A stretch of 64,000 nt of DNA, taken from assembly GCA_016711605.1 (NCBI GenBank), contig JADJSS010000004.1, positions 130,320-194,319 on the forward strand, read 5' to 3'. The DNA comes from Saprospirales bacterium (GTDB lineage Bacteria; Bacteroidota; Bacteroidia; Chitinophagales; JADIYW01). Positions within the stretch are counted from its first letter, which is position 1. Every line of letters begins with the position of its first letter. The translations under genes and the position numbers were made by a program. The notes under the pieces are model-generated. The model was given only the letters and a program-made list of their open reading frames with translations. It was not told the DNA's origin and made no database searches. This document shows, piece after piece, positions 8,734-19,000 of this stretch.

Positions 8734-10155
8734 CTAATTAGCAGCATATTTTATATTCGAACCATGTAAAAATTTATCTGTTCCAGGAATGGATGGATCT
8801 CTGAAGCCATACCAATCACCAGTTACAGGACTAGTTGCATTACCATCACCATTAGAGTCACCACCATTTACATCATCTTTATAAGAAGTAAAAATAGTAG
8901 ATCCACTATAAGTAATTTCAGTAGATGTTGAACGTTGAAAACCATGTGTAGTATTTAAAAATTTCACTACTACATTTGCTCCAATTGCTAAAGCACCTGG
9001 CGAAGATATTTGTTTGTAATGCGTAACTAAATAAGGTATTTCCGAAATGTTCCAAGTAGCTGCAGTACTTAATAAATCATCAGTTGTCCAAATAAAATTC
9101 CTTCTGTTTTTTTCTGTTGTATTGTTTGGATTATGAAAAATATTAGAAGTAGCTAAATTATATTTTGGATGCATAGAGATTGGAATATCGTTATCATAAA
9201 ATGCATTGTTAGTCAAAAATTGGTTGCCATTGTTTTTTAAACCACCATGCGCATAAAATGCAATAGAAGCTGTGTTATTTCCTGATAATGTATGTGCAAA
9301 TACACAATTATCAAACGTAAATTCTGGTGTTGCACCTGCTGATATATAAACAGAAGAATAACTACCACCTCTGTTTTCGCCAGCGTATAGAAAATCACAA
9401 TAGTTATATACTTGTCCAGTTCCACCATATAAACCTAAAGCAGTCCAGTCGCCTTTTTGTGGTGAAGTAGCAGAGCCATCACCATTCGTATCACCACAAT
9501 GCGAATCATCTGCATAAGATGTAAAAACAATTCTGTTGCTTGCATTTCCATTTGCAATAATTCTTCCAGAAGAGTACACATCAATTTCAGCACTTTGCAG
9601 TTTAACAACAACACCTGGTTCAATAGTCAGTACGGATTGAACCGAAACATCTCTAGTAATTACATACACATTACCAGAAGTCCAAGTAGTTGGTGTTGAT
9701 ATAGTAACAGGATTTGTTGGTGTAACATTAATAATATTGCAAGCACTTGGCGCATAAGTAGTAAAGGATTCATCGTCACCATATGTAGTTCCATCTGCAT
9801 TTGTTGCATATGCACGAACATGATAAGTGGTGTTTGGGTCAAATGGAGAAAAATCATCAGAAAAGGAACCTAAACCTGTTCCCATTTCTCCAACAAATAC
9901 ATTTGGGTCATCAACAGTAGGGTTTGTATTTAATCCGATACAGACACCTTTTGAAGTAATTGTTTTACCGCCATCAGCAGTTGCATTTCCACCAAGCACC
10001 GCTGATGTATCTGTGATATTGCTTGGCGTACTTGTAATAACAGCTAATTGTCCATTCGGTGATGGATTATTATTAGAAGTACATGAGTTGAGAAAAATAA
10101 TCATTACTATACTAGCATACAGTAATATTTTTTTTGAAAACATCGTTTTTTTCAT
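8734..10155 (-). CDS. Secreted lipoprotein with FN3-like and beta-helix-like segments, unknown function
   Basis: It has a lipobox (IIFLNSC). Two copies of a D-x-x-x-G-D-x-N-G-D-G-x-A-T-S-P-x-x-G-D-W motif (DSHCGDTNGDGSATSPQKGDW and NGGDSNGDGNATSPVTGDW) suggest calcium-binding loops. Confidence 0.55.
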   Translation of the reverse strand: MKKTMFSKKILLYASIVMIIFLNSCTSNNNPSPNGQLAVITSTPSNITDTSAVLGGNATADGGKTITSKGVCIGLNTNPTVDDPNVFVGEMGTGLGSFSDDFSPFDPNTTYHVRAYATNADGTTYGDDESFTTYAPSACNIINVTPTNPVTISTPTTWTSGNVYVITRDVSVQSVLTIEPGVVVKLQSAEIDVYSSGRIIANGNASNRIVFTSYADDSHCGDTNGDGSATSPQKGDWTALGLYGGTGQVYNYCDFLYAGENRGGSYSSVYISAGATPEFTFDNCVFAHTLSGNNTASIAFYAHGGLKNNGNQFLTNNAFYDNDIPISMHPKYNLATSNIFHNPNNTTEKNRRNFIWTTDDLLSTAATWNISEIPYLVTHYKQISSPGALAIGANVVVKFLNTTHGFQRSTSTEITYSGSTIFTSYKDDVNGGDSNGDGNATSPVTGDWYGFRDPSIPGTDKFLHGSNIKYAAN

Positions 10156-10329
10156 AATTTTTAGTTTTAATGATTGAATAATACAAAGTTATGATAAAAT
10201 AAAATGTGTTGCATCCCTTAAACAAGTGAATTTAATATTGTTATTTAGCGATGAATGAAAGGTATAGGTCTTCATTTAAACGTTAAATAGTTGTCTGAAA
10301 ATTCATTTATTATTTGAAATCTAAAACTG

Positions 10330-10337
10330 TACTTTTG
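10330..10337 (+). promoter_or_regulatory. Bacteroidota -7 box TACTTTTG upstream of mqnA
   Basis: Exact TAnnTTTG match 20 nt upstream of ATG 10358. Confidence 0.5.
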
Positions 10338-10357
10338 CTATTCAAGAAATAAATTTT

Positions 10358-11122
10358 ATGTACAAAGTTTCAGCTGTTTCCTATCTAAATACAAAACCCT
10401 TTTTACATGGATTGGAAATTGCATCTATAAAAAATAAAATTAAATTAAGTTTAGATATTCCAACTTTAGTTGCTCAAAAATTATTAACTGGTGAAGTTGA
10501 TATTGGTTTAGTGCCTATTGCAGTGATTCCACAGCTAAAAAATCCACAAATTGTTTCGCCGTTTTGTATTGGCGCTAATGGAAAAGTTAAGACGGTTTGT
10601 TTGTTTTCTAATGTTCCGATTGAAGAAATCAATACGGTTTATTTAGATTATCAGTCGCGCACTTCGGTGTTGTTGGTTCAGATTTTGTTTAAAGAATTTT
10701 GGAAACAAGATGTCACTTTTTTGCCAGCTTTTGAAGGTTATGAAAATGCAATTAAAAGTAATATTGCAGCAGTAATAATAGGTGATCGAGCAATTGCAAA
10801 TTTAGGTAAATATAAATTCGAATATGATTTGGCAGAAGTTTGGAAACAACATACAGGCCTGCCTTTTGTGTTTGCAGCTTGGGTTTCCAATAAAGAAATA
10901 GAACAAGATTTCTTAGATGATTTTAATGCAGCATTACAAATTGGCTGGAGCAACAGAAACCAAATTCTAGATCATTATAAAAAATATAATTCACCTGATT
11001 TTTCAGTGAAAGAATATTGGAATACTAATATTCAATACCAACTAGATAATGATAAAAAGCAAGCATTAGAATTGTTCTTAAGAAAATTAAATCCGAAACA
11101 ACAGTTTTTTTATTGTTATTAA
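10358..11122 (+). CDS. mqnA: Chorismate dehydratase MqnA (futalosine pathway)
   Basis: The MYKVSAVSYLNTKPFLHGLE N-terminus and periplasmic-binding-like two-lobe layout are typical of the MqnA / VitK2_biosynth family. Confidence 0.75.
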   Translation: MYKVSAVSYLNTKPFLHGLEIASIKNKIKLSLDIPTLVAQKLLTGEVDIGLVPIAVIPQLKNPQIVSPFCIGANGKVKTVCLFSNVPIEEINTVYLDYQSRTSVLLVQILFKEFWKQDVTFLPAFEGYENAIKSNIAAVIIGDRAIANLGKYKFEYDLAEVWKQHTGLPFVFAAWVSNKEIEQDFLDDFNAALQIGWSNRNQILDHYKKYNSPDFSVKEYWNTNIQYQLDNDKKQALELFLRKLNPKQQFFYCY

Positions 11123-11124
11123 TG

Positions 11125-12636
11125 TCAGGTATACAATTTTGCAATACAAGGTTTTTTTGAAATCTTACTATCAATCCAATCTATCCAATCGAAATAATTA
11201 AAAGCATATCTTTCTAAAGAATGGCTTTTTGTTTTTTCTAAATCTTCTTTTAATTTAGGTAATGATTTTTCTAAATTGATTGTATAATTCTTTTCTAAAG
11301 AAAAAAACTTTAGAATTATATTTTCTGTTTCAAATAATGACGACTGTTTTTTAAAATAATAAAAAACACTTTGTTGCTTATATTTAATATAAGAGTAGTT
11401 TTTAAGCTCAAAATGTATAAGCAAATTAATGAGTTTTGCAAAGTTGTATAAGTCAGGACGTTCGTCTTCATTGTATTCATTCAGTAAAATATTAATTCTC
11501 TTTCTTGCATTATCAAAATTGCCAGTTGCAAAATAATAGTACGACAGCATATACAAAAATGTAATTTTATATGATGGAATTAAAATGTTTTTAAATTTCT
11601 TTAATCCTGTTTCAATCTCATTAATTATATTGGTTGCTTTTGTAAATTGTTTTTTTTGAATGTACATTGATAATTCAATCATGTACGAAAAATTAAAAAT
11701 TTGTGCTGAAATGCGCAAGAAATATAACTTCTCATTTTGCACTTCAATACTGCGAAAGTTATTGAGTTCTATATAAAAAATTTGTTCGTTGATATCTTTA
11801 GATATAGATAATATTCTTGCATACGTATTAACATATTCAATCAAATGTTCTTCTTTGTAAATTGAATTTTTTTCAAAAAGCTGAATGATTTTCTTATTAG
11901 TATTGAGTTCATTCTTTTTATCCTGATTCACATAGTTCCACATAGCATGAATTTGATAAAATTTTATTTTTGCATCTAATGATATTGCGCATAGTTCATT
12001 TTGCAATAAATCATGTTGCATCAATTTTTCAAATTTTTTTATCTCTTTCGTATTTCTGGTCTTTATAATAAGTATTCTGGTTTGATTCGCTGAATTGTGT
12101 AAATCATAAAATGCAATAATATTTTGTTGAATTTTATGAACGAAAATTAAATCCTGAATGATTTCATTTTCTGTTCGATTGTGTTTGTTAAGGTGATTGT
12201 AAACTTTTTTTTCATATTGTATTATTTTAAGCAAGGATGAAAATAATTCAGCATTTCTGGCAATGTTTGCTGCCTTATTTATTTCTTTAATACATTGCTC
12301 AAAATTTCCTTTAAAATAGAGTATTTCAATAATGGAAATACTTTCATTGAGTATTATCTGTGCGGATTTTCCAGAATGATAGAGTACCAAACTTTTTAAA
12401 ATCAGTTGATACAAAAAATTCATGTCAGCTTTAATAAATTTTGTATTTCTTTCTGCAGATTCTAATTTTATTCTTAATGCTTCAGCATCATAACTTTCCA
12501 TTTTTTCCAACACATCAAATAGAAAAATGTACTTGTTTTCTACATCAATAATATGCCTTGAACCATAGATTTTAAACTGCCTTTTTTCAGACATATTCAG
12601 TGACTTAATTAACTCAAATACATTTGGATTCTTCAT
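11125..12636 (-). CDS. All-helical, TPR-like hypothetical protein
   Basis: 503-aa Lys/Asn/Ile-rich ORF with no signal peptide and no catalytic motif that I recognise. It is convergent with mqnA (2-nt gap) and divergent from the T9SS cargo pair. Confidence 0.5.
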   Translation of the reverse strand: MKNPNVFELIKSLNMSEKRQFKIYGSRHIIDVENKYIFLFDVLEKMESYDAEALRIKLESAERNTKFIKADMNFLYQLILKSLVLYHSGKSAQIILNESISIIEILYFKGNFEQCIKEINKAANIARNAELFSSLLKIIQYEKKVYNHLNKHNRTENEIIQDLIFVHKIQQNIIAFYDLHNSANQTRILIIKTRNTKEIKKFEKLMQHDLLQNELCAISLDAKIKFYQIHAMWNYVNQDKKNELNTNKKIIQLFEKNSIYKEEHLIEYVNTYARILSISKDINEQIFYIELNNFRSIEVQNEKLYFLRISAQIFNFSYMIELSMYIQKKQFTKATNIINEIETGLKKFKNILIPSYKITFLYMLSYYYFATGNFDNARKRINILLNEYNEDERPDLYNFAKLINLLIHFELKNYSYIKYKQQSVFYYFKKQSSLFETENIILKFFSLEKNYTINLEKSLPKLKEDLEKTKSHSLERYAFNYFDWIDWIDSKISKKPCIAKLYT

Positions 12637-12749
12637 AAAATAGTAAAATCAGACTTACTAAAAATAGCATATTATCGTCACTATACCAAATTGCTTATTA
12701 TTAATTTTGAATATGTGAAATCTCATTTATGAATTTTGCTTGACTTTAA

Positions 12750-15700
12750 ATGTGTTTTATGAGAATTATTTACCTGTTTTTATTGATTTTATTGTGTTCA
12801 AAAAATTTAACAGCACAGACTTTTGTAATCGATACAATGAATGGTAAAACATACACCACCTGTTCAGGAACATTCACAGATGGATCTGGAAATTATGCAA
12901 ACAACGAAAATTTTACCACTACTTTTTGTTCATCATCTGGTTTACCATTAAAATTCGATTTTTCTAGTGCCGGAACTTTTAGTATGTCTGCAGGAATTGG
13001 TGATTCCTTATTTTTTTACAATGGAACAACTGCAACAGGTACACCAATCGCCATCTTAACGTCAGCAGATGATTATTCATTTTCTGAATTACAATTAAAC
13101 ACACTAAGCACTTGTGTAACTATAAAATGGAAATCAGATGCAGCAACTGTTGCAGCTGGTTGGAGTGCCGTTATTTCATGCGGAAATGTTCCTTCGTGTA
13201 GCGGAAACCTAAATCCACCACCATCAGATATTTTTGGACAAGCTCCTTTAATTTGTAATTTAAATGGATATTGCGGAACTACATCTTCCTATTACGGCGA
13301 AGATGCGCCATACAATTTTGGCGGAACTGGTGGTGGTTGTCCTTCACCAACAGATGGTTTGTTCGGTGGATCGTTACAAAATAATTCATGGTTAGCATTT
13401 ATTGCAGATGCAAGCACTGCAAGTTTTAAATTTGTTATTTCTGGTGGTGGAAGTTGTAATGGTGTACAAGCTGGTATTTTTGAGTATGATCCAGTAACAA
13501 CTATTTTTACCAGAAGATCACCTTGTAATTTTACATCAGGTTCTGGTATGGCTGTCGGAACTTCTACTTTAACTGCAACTAGCTTAACGGTTGGTCAAAT
13601 TTATTATTTAATGATGGATGGAAATGCAGGTAGTGTGTGCGATTATCCTATTTCTGCAAGTGCTGGTGTTGGTGTAGTAAACGCTGGAAGAGACACAACT
13701 TTATGTATACTGAATAGAACCTATACATTAAATGCATTTCCGGCTGGAACTGGTGTTTGGAATGTTGTAAGCGGTTCAGGAACATTTGCAGATCCAACAA
13801 AATCGACTACAACCGTTAGTGGATTAAATGTTGGCTTAAATAGCTTTTCTTGGACATCAACTTCTAATTGTGCAAATACTAAAGATACAGTTGTTGTTAA
13901 TGTAACTGGATTTGTAAATGCAAATGCAGGCATCGATAAACAATTGACATGTTCAGTTGCTGGTGTTGTAATTGGTTCTCCAGCAATTGCAGGCAATACA
14001 TATGCATGGACACCAACTGCTGGTTTAAGTGCATCCAATATTGCAGAACCAACTGCAACTTTAGTTGGAACGTATATTTTAACTGTAACAAATATTGCAA
14101 GTGGTTGTATTGGAAAAGATACAGTGATTATAAGTAATTTATCAGTTACTGAAACACACACAAACGCAACTTGCAGCGCAAGCAATGGAACCATTGATAT
14201 TTCAGTGAGTGGTGGTTCTTTTCCTTACACGTATCTTTGGAATGATGGTGCTGTTACACAAGATAGAACAGGTCTTGCTGCTGCTACTTATTCTGTTGTT
14301 ATTACAGATAATTCAGGTTGTTCTTCTTCATTAAATATAACTATTTCTAACGCAACTGCTAATTGTGTTTGTGGTGGCACGTTTATGGATAGTGGTGGTT
14401 CTGCAGGTGCTTACGGCAATAATGAAAATACAGTTACAACGTATTGTTCTTCGAATGGTTTACCATTAAGTTTTTCATTTTCTGGTGGCTCGAATTCTTT
14501 CGATATTGACCAACCTGGTGATACTTTATTTTTTTATGATGGAACAACTACTACAGGAACACCAATTGCAATTCTTACTTATTTAGATGATGCGACTCAA
14601 ACTACTTATTCATCACAGTTAAAAATTGCTACATTAAGTACTTGTGTGACAACAAGATTTAAATCAAACAGTTCTGGAACAGATGCTGGTTGGGTAGCAA
14701 CCGTTGCTTGCGAAGCACCACCAACGTGCGCAGGAAATCCACCTGCTTCAGATATTTTTGGTCAAGCTCCATTAATTTGCAATTTAAATGGTTATTGCGG
14801 AACTACTTCTAGCTATTATGGAGAAGATACACCATACAATTTAATTGGTGGTGGCGATTGTTCGACTGGACCTGATGATTTTATTTTTGGTGGTACTATT
14901 GAGAACAATTCATGGCTATCTTTCATTGCAGATGCAACTACAGCTTCATTCAATTTTACCATTTCTAATTGTGGCGCAGGTAGTGGTTTACAGATTGGTG
15001 TTTTTGGATTTAATGGAACAAATTTTTCTTTAAAATCACAATGTGCTACAACAGATGGTTCTCAAACCGGAAACACTACAATCAATGCTACAGGATTAAC
15101 TGTTGGTCAAAAATATTATATTATGATTGATGGTGCTAGTGGTTCAACATGTGATTATATCGTTACTGCAAATTCAGGCGTAATAACAGTAAACGCTGGT
15201 CCAGATCAATCTTTTTGTGGAACTTCAGCAACATTGGCTGCATCCTCAAGTTTAGGTGCTGGAATTTGGACGGTGAAATCTGGTTCTGGTACATTTGCAA
15301 ATCCAACCAATCCGACAACAACTGTAAGTGGTTTATCTTTTGGACGAAATGTTTATGTTTGGTCATCTACAAACAGCTTATGTGGAGCATCTTCACTATC
15401 TTCTATGGACTCAGTTGCCATTACAAATACTTGTATTCTTCCAGTTGAATTAAATTCTTTTGAAGCAGAATGTAATGATGATTTCACAGAATTAAAATGG
15501 GAAACAGCATCTGAAAAAAATAACGATTATTTTCTTTTAGAAAGAGCAGATGCAAATATGAAATTTGAAACCATTGCTACTATAAAAGGCAATGGTAATA
15601 GCAACCAAAAAAATCAATACAACTACAAAGATTATACAAATGCTGTAGAAAATTATTACCAACTGATACAAGTAGATTTTGATGGTAAAAGGACAAACAG

Positions 15701-15995
15701 CAAGCTAATTTATTTCAAAAATAACTGCATTCAAGATTTTAAACTAAACCAATTATTCTATAATAATTCAGCAAATCAAATTCATATAAAATATTTTACA
15801 GAACGCGAAACACCAGTGACAATCCAGTTGTATGATTTATTTGGAAGATTAATTTCTTCAGAAATTTTAATGTTTTATAATGGAAATAACGAAGTGAAAA
15901 TAAACACAAATCAATTAACGAATGCGATGTATATCTGCACAGTTTCATCAGAAAATTTCCGTGAAGTCAAAAAAATAATTGTTAATTCAAAATAA
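12750..15995 (+). CDS. T9SS-secreted adhesin-like protein with an internally duplicated CUB-like + Cys-rich module, SprB-type repeat and C-terminal sorting domain
   Basis: It has a signal peptide (RIIYLFLLILLCSKNLTAQ). There are two CUB-like domains (CSGTFTDGSGNYANNEN... and CGGTFMDSGGSAGAYGNNEN...), each followed by a DIFGQAPLICNLNGYCGTTSSYYGED module. A SprB-like repeat (CSASNGTIDISVSGGSFPYTYLWNDG) is present. The C-terminus ends ...VTIQLYDLFGRLISSE...KKIIVNSK, typical of Por_Secre_tail. Confidence 0.8.
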   Translation: MCFMRIIYLFLLILLCSKNLTAQTFVIDTMNGKTYTTCSGTFTDGSGNYANNENFTTTFCSSSGLPLKFDFSSAGTFSMSAGIGDSLFFYNGTTATGTPIAILTSADDYSFSELQLNTLSTCVTIKWKSDAATVAAGWSAVISCGNVPSCSGNLNPPPSDIFGQAPLICNLNGYCGTTSSYYGEDAPYNFGGTGGGCPSPTDGLFGGSLQNNSWLAFIADASTASFKFVISGGGSCNGVQAGIFEYDPVTTIFTRRSPCNFTSGSGMAVGTSTLTATSLTVGQIYYLMMDGNAGSVCDYPISASAGVGVVNAGRDTTLCILNRTYTLNAFPAGTGVWNVVSGSGTFADPTKSTTTVSGLNVGLNSFSWTSTSNCANTKDTVVVNVTGFVNANAGIDKQLTCSVAGVVIGSPAIAGNTYAWTPTAGLSASNIAEPTATLVGTYILTVTNIASGCIGKDTVIISNLSVTETHTNATCSASNGTIDISVSGGSFPYTYLWNDGAVTQDRTGLAAATYSVVITDNSGCSSSLNITISNATANCVCGGTFMDSGGSAGAYGNNENTVTTYCSSNGLPLSFSFSGGSNSFDIDQPGDTLFFYDGTTTTGTPIAILTYLDDATQTTYSSQLKIATLSTCVTTRFKSNSSGTDAGWVATVACEAPPTCAGNPPASDIFGQAPLICNLNGYCGTTSSYYGEDTPYNLIGGGDCSTGPDDFIFGGTIENNSWLSFIADATTASFNFTISNCGAGSGLQIGVFGFNGTNFSLKSQCATTDGSQTGNTTINATGLTVGQKYYIMIDGASGSTCDYIVTANSGVITVNAGPDQSFCGTSATLAASSSLGAGIWTVKSGSGTFANPTNPTTTVSGLSFGRNVYVWSSTNSLCGASSLSSMDSVAITNTCILPVELNSFEAECNDDFTELKWETASEKNNDYFLLERADANMKFETIATIKGNGNSNQKNQYNYKDYTNAVENYYQLIQVDFDGKRTNSKLIYFKNNCIQDFKLNQLFYNNSANQIHIKYFTERETPVTIQLYDLFGRLISSEILMFYNGNNEVKINTNQLTNAMYICTVSSENFREVKKIIVNSK

Positions 15996-16000
15996 TAGTT

Positions 16001-19000
16001 ATGACTAAACATCTACAAAATAGAATACAACAAATACTGCTTTTATGGATAATGTTTAGTGTTTATTATTCATCTGCTCAAATTTATGTAGGTGCGTGGA
16101 ATCCAATTCGCTATCCAAATACTGGAACTTGTGGCTGGTCGTTCCAAGATAATGGCGCTGCAGGAACTGCTACAGATCCTTATGCATCAATAGAAAAAGC
16201 GATGAATACAGTAGTTGCAAACGGCACTACTAATCAAACAATTTATTTTTTACCAGATGCTTATATACAAAATTGGGATTATGATTCAACAGTAACAGAA
16301 GTAAGAGATAATTGCGATGGACATGATTTAGATTATATGCCAACTATAACAAGTGCTTTAAATGGCTTGCAATTATTGGGCTCTACACAAGGTTGTTTAA
16401 CGATGTTGGAAGCATTAGGAACCAGTAACTCGTTGCAATTTATAAATATTTCTGGCGCAAACAATATTACTATTTCTAACATCTATTTTAAAGGATATTC
16501 GCAAGCAGTTTCAATTAATAACTCAACGAATGTTACTTTTACAAATTGTATTTTCGAATCTTGTAATTACGGAATTACTGCATTAGATGCTATTTTAATT
16601 AATTCTACAACTAGTAATACTTCTGTTACTTTTAATAATTGTAAGTTTATAGATAATAATAAGAACACTAGTACAAACGCAGTAACAATTAGATCCAGTT
16701 CAACAACCGCATCTATATTTACAACAGTAAATTTTAGTGGTTGTGAGTTTGTATGTAATTCAAAAGATAATGCAGGTGGCTCTGTTCAGATTGTAGGAAG
16801 AACTATTTCTACAGCAACACCAACGACCGTTAATTTTACTGGTGGAGTTTTTGCCAATAATGTTGTTACAAGTTCTGCTGGTAGAGGTGGAGCAATTTCT
16901 ATTGGTAACAATAGTAAAGTTGATATAAACGGCACTTACTTTTTTAATAATATAGTAAATACTTCTGGTGTTAGTTCACCAAATGATGGTGGTGGCGCAA
17001 TACATATATTTTCTGATAATACAGGATTAACAACTGCTGCAAGAACAGATGTAAGTATAACCAATGCATTGTTTTATGGCAATAGGTCTACTAGTGTTGG
17101 TAATGGTGGTGCAATATCATTAATTGGTGCTAGTGGACATACTAATACAAATCGACCAAAACTAACTATAACCAATACAATATTTGAAAAGAACAAATCA
17201 GGTGGTTCTGGTGGTGCTATATTTACAAATTATGGTGAGTTAAATGTATCCAATTCAACTTTTAAAAGAGATACCGCGTCAACTGGTGGCGCAATTGCTG
17301 TTAGTCAAACAACAAGCGTTTTTACTTTAGCAAATGATTCTTTTGTAAGTAATAGTGCAACCACTGGAATTGATATACAATCGGATGCAGATTTTACAAT
17401 GGCTAATTGTGTTACTTCAGTAGCAAGTATTGCTGGTCCTGGTACTTATAATTGGATATTAGTAGATAATTTCAATAGAGCAGACAATAATACAGTAGGA
17501 AATTCATGGATTGAAAGAGAATCTGCAGCAACTGGTGCTAAAATAACGTCTAATCAGTTAGAATTAAATTCTGTTTCTGTAAATGGTCGAGAATGGAATT
17601 ATAGAACAATATCTCAATATACAACTGCTGGTTTAACGGATAATACAGGTAATATTACTTGGGCTTGGAACATGCATCCAAACAGAAGTGGTTTATCTGG
17701 TTTTGATTCTTTAACTGCTGGTTGGAATTACGGTATAGGTTTTGTGTTAGGCACAACAAGTGCAAATATTGCAATAGGAAATGGTTACGCTGTTGTTATT
17801 GGTCAAACAAGTACAGATCCAATTCGTTTAGTAAGATATACAAATGGATTAGATGCAAATGTAAATATTACTAATATTATAGCATCTGGTACAACTTATG
17901 CAGGAACTGAATATTTTAGCATAAGAGTCGTTTTTAATCCAACTACAGATGCATGGAGTTTATTTGTAGAATCGAATGGTGTATCTTATCCACGTGCTGA
18001 TCCTCGTTTAACAGCAACTCAAGTTGGTTCGGCAACTGTGAATACAACTTATGTTACTAGCGCAAATAATTTAAACACATTAGGTGCATTATGGAATCAT
18101 TCTTCTAGTGGTGTCGCCAATGCAAGATTTGATGATATTTATATACAATCGAATAATGGCATCGGTACTGGTTCTACACTAACATATATTGATGGTTCAA
18201 GATTAGTTGGTTCTTATGCTTGTACCAATGGTTATTGTGCAGCAGCAGTTGCTGCCACTTGTTTATCTAATAGTTTATCCAATTTTATTTGCACAGCAGC
18301 GAATGCTACTGGCTCTATCAGCGGAATTGCTTTTTATGATAGTAACGGTGATGGTATTTTTAATGAAGCATTGCCTTTAGATAGTATTTATATCATTCTA
18401 TATGATGGCAACAATAATGTAATTGGAAGATATACTACAGATGGCACTGGTGCATATTCTTTTAATGGTTTGCCATCTGGAACATATAAAGTAGCGTTTA
18501 CTAAATTAGGATATTTTTACGGACAGACATTACAAAATCAAGGTTCAGGCACTTTAGATAGCGATATAGATAATACCTATGTTTCTATGTTGGTTACGAT
18601 AAATACTTCATTGACAAATACAGAAAACGCAGACAATGCAGTTTCAGCTTTGCATCATCAAAATGTGTCTGCTGGTTTTTTAACTGATAATGTGTTGCCT
18701 TTAGATTTGATTGGATTTAATGGTGAAATAAATAATTGTAATGAAGTAAAACTTACATGGAAAACGGCCTCAGAGATGAATGTTTCTCATTTTGAAATAT
18801 TAAAAAGTGAGAATGGAAATGAATTTAATTCGATTGAAAAAATAAGTTCTAAAGGAAATTATCAAACATCACTTAATACATATTCGTCAAAACATATTCA
18901 GAATAACAAACAGGCATATTATAAATTAAAAATGGTTGATTTAGATAATACATATAAATACTCACCAATAATTTTTATTAAAAATGATTGTCTTAAGAGT

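Noticed and set aside
13721-15448. Multiple 60-160-aa ORFs on both strands inside the first cargo gene; similar ones lie inside 8734..10155, 20170..25380, 30142..33259 and 39610..41154
   Set aside because: All are nested within long, domain-rich ORFs on the opposite strand or in other frames. They have no independent start context or recognisable sequence features.
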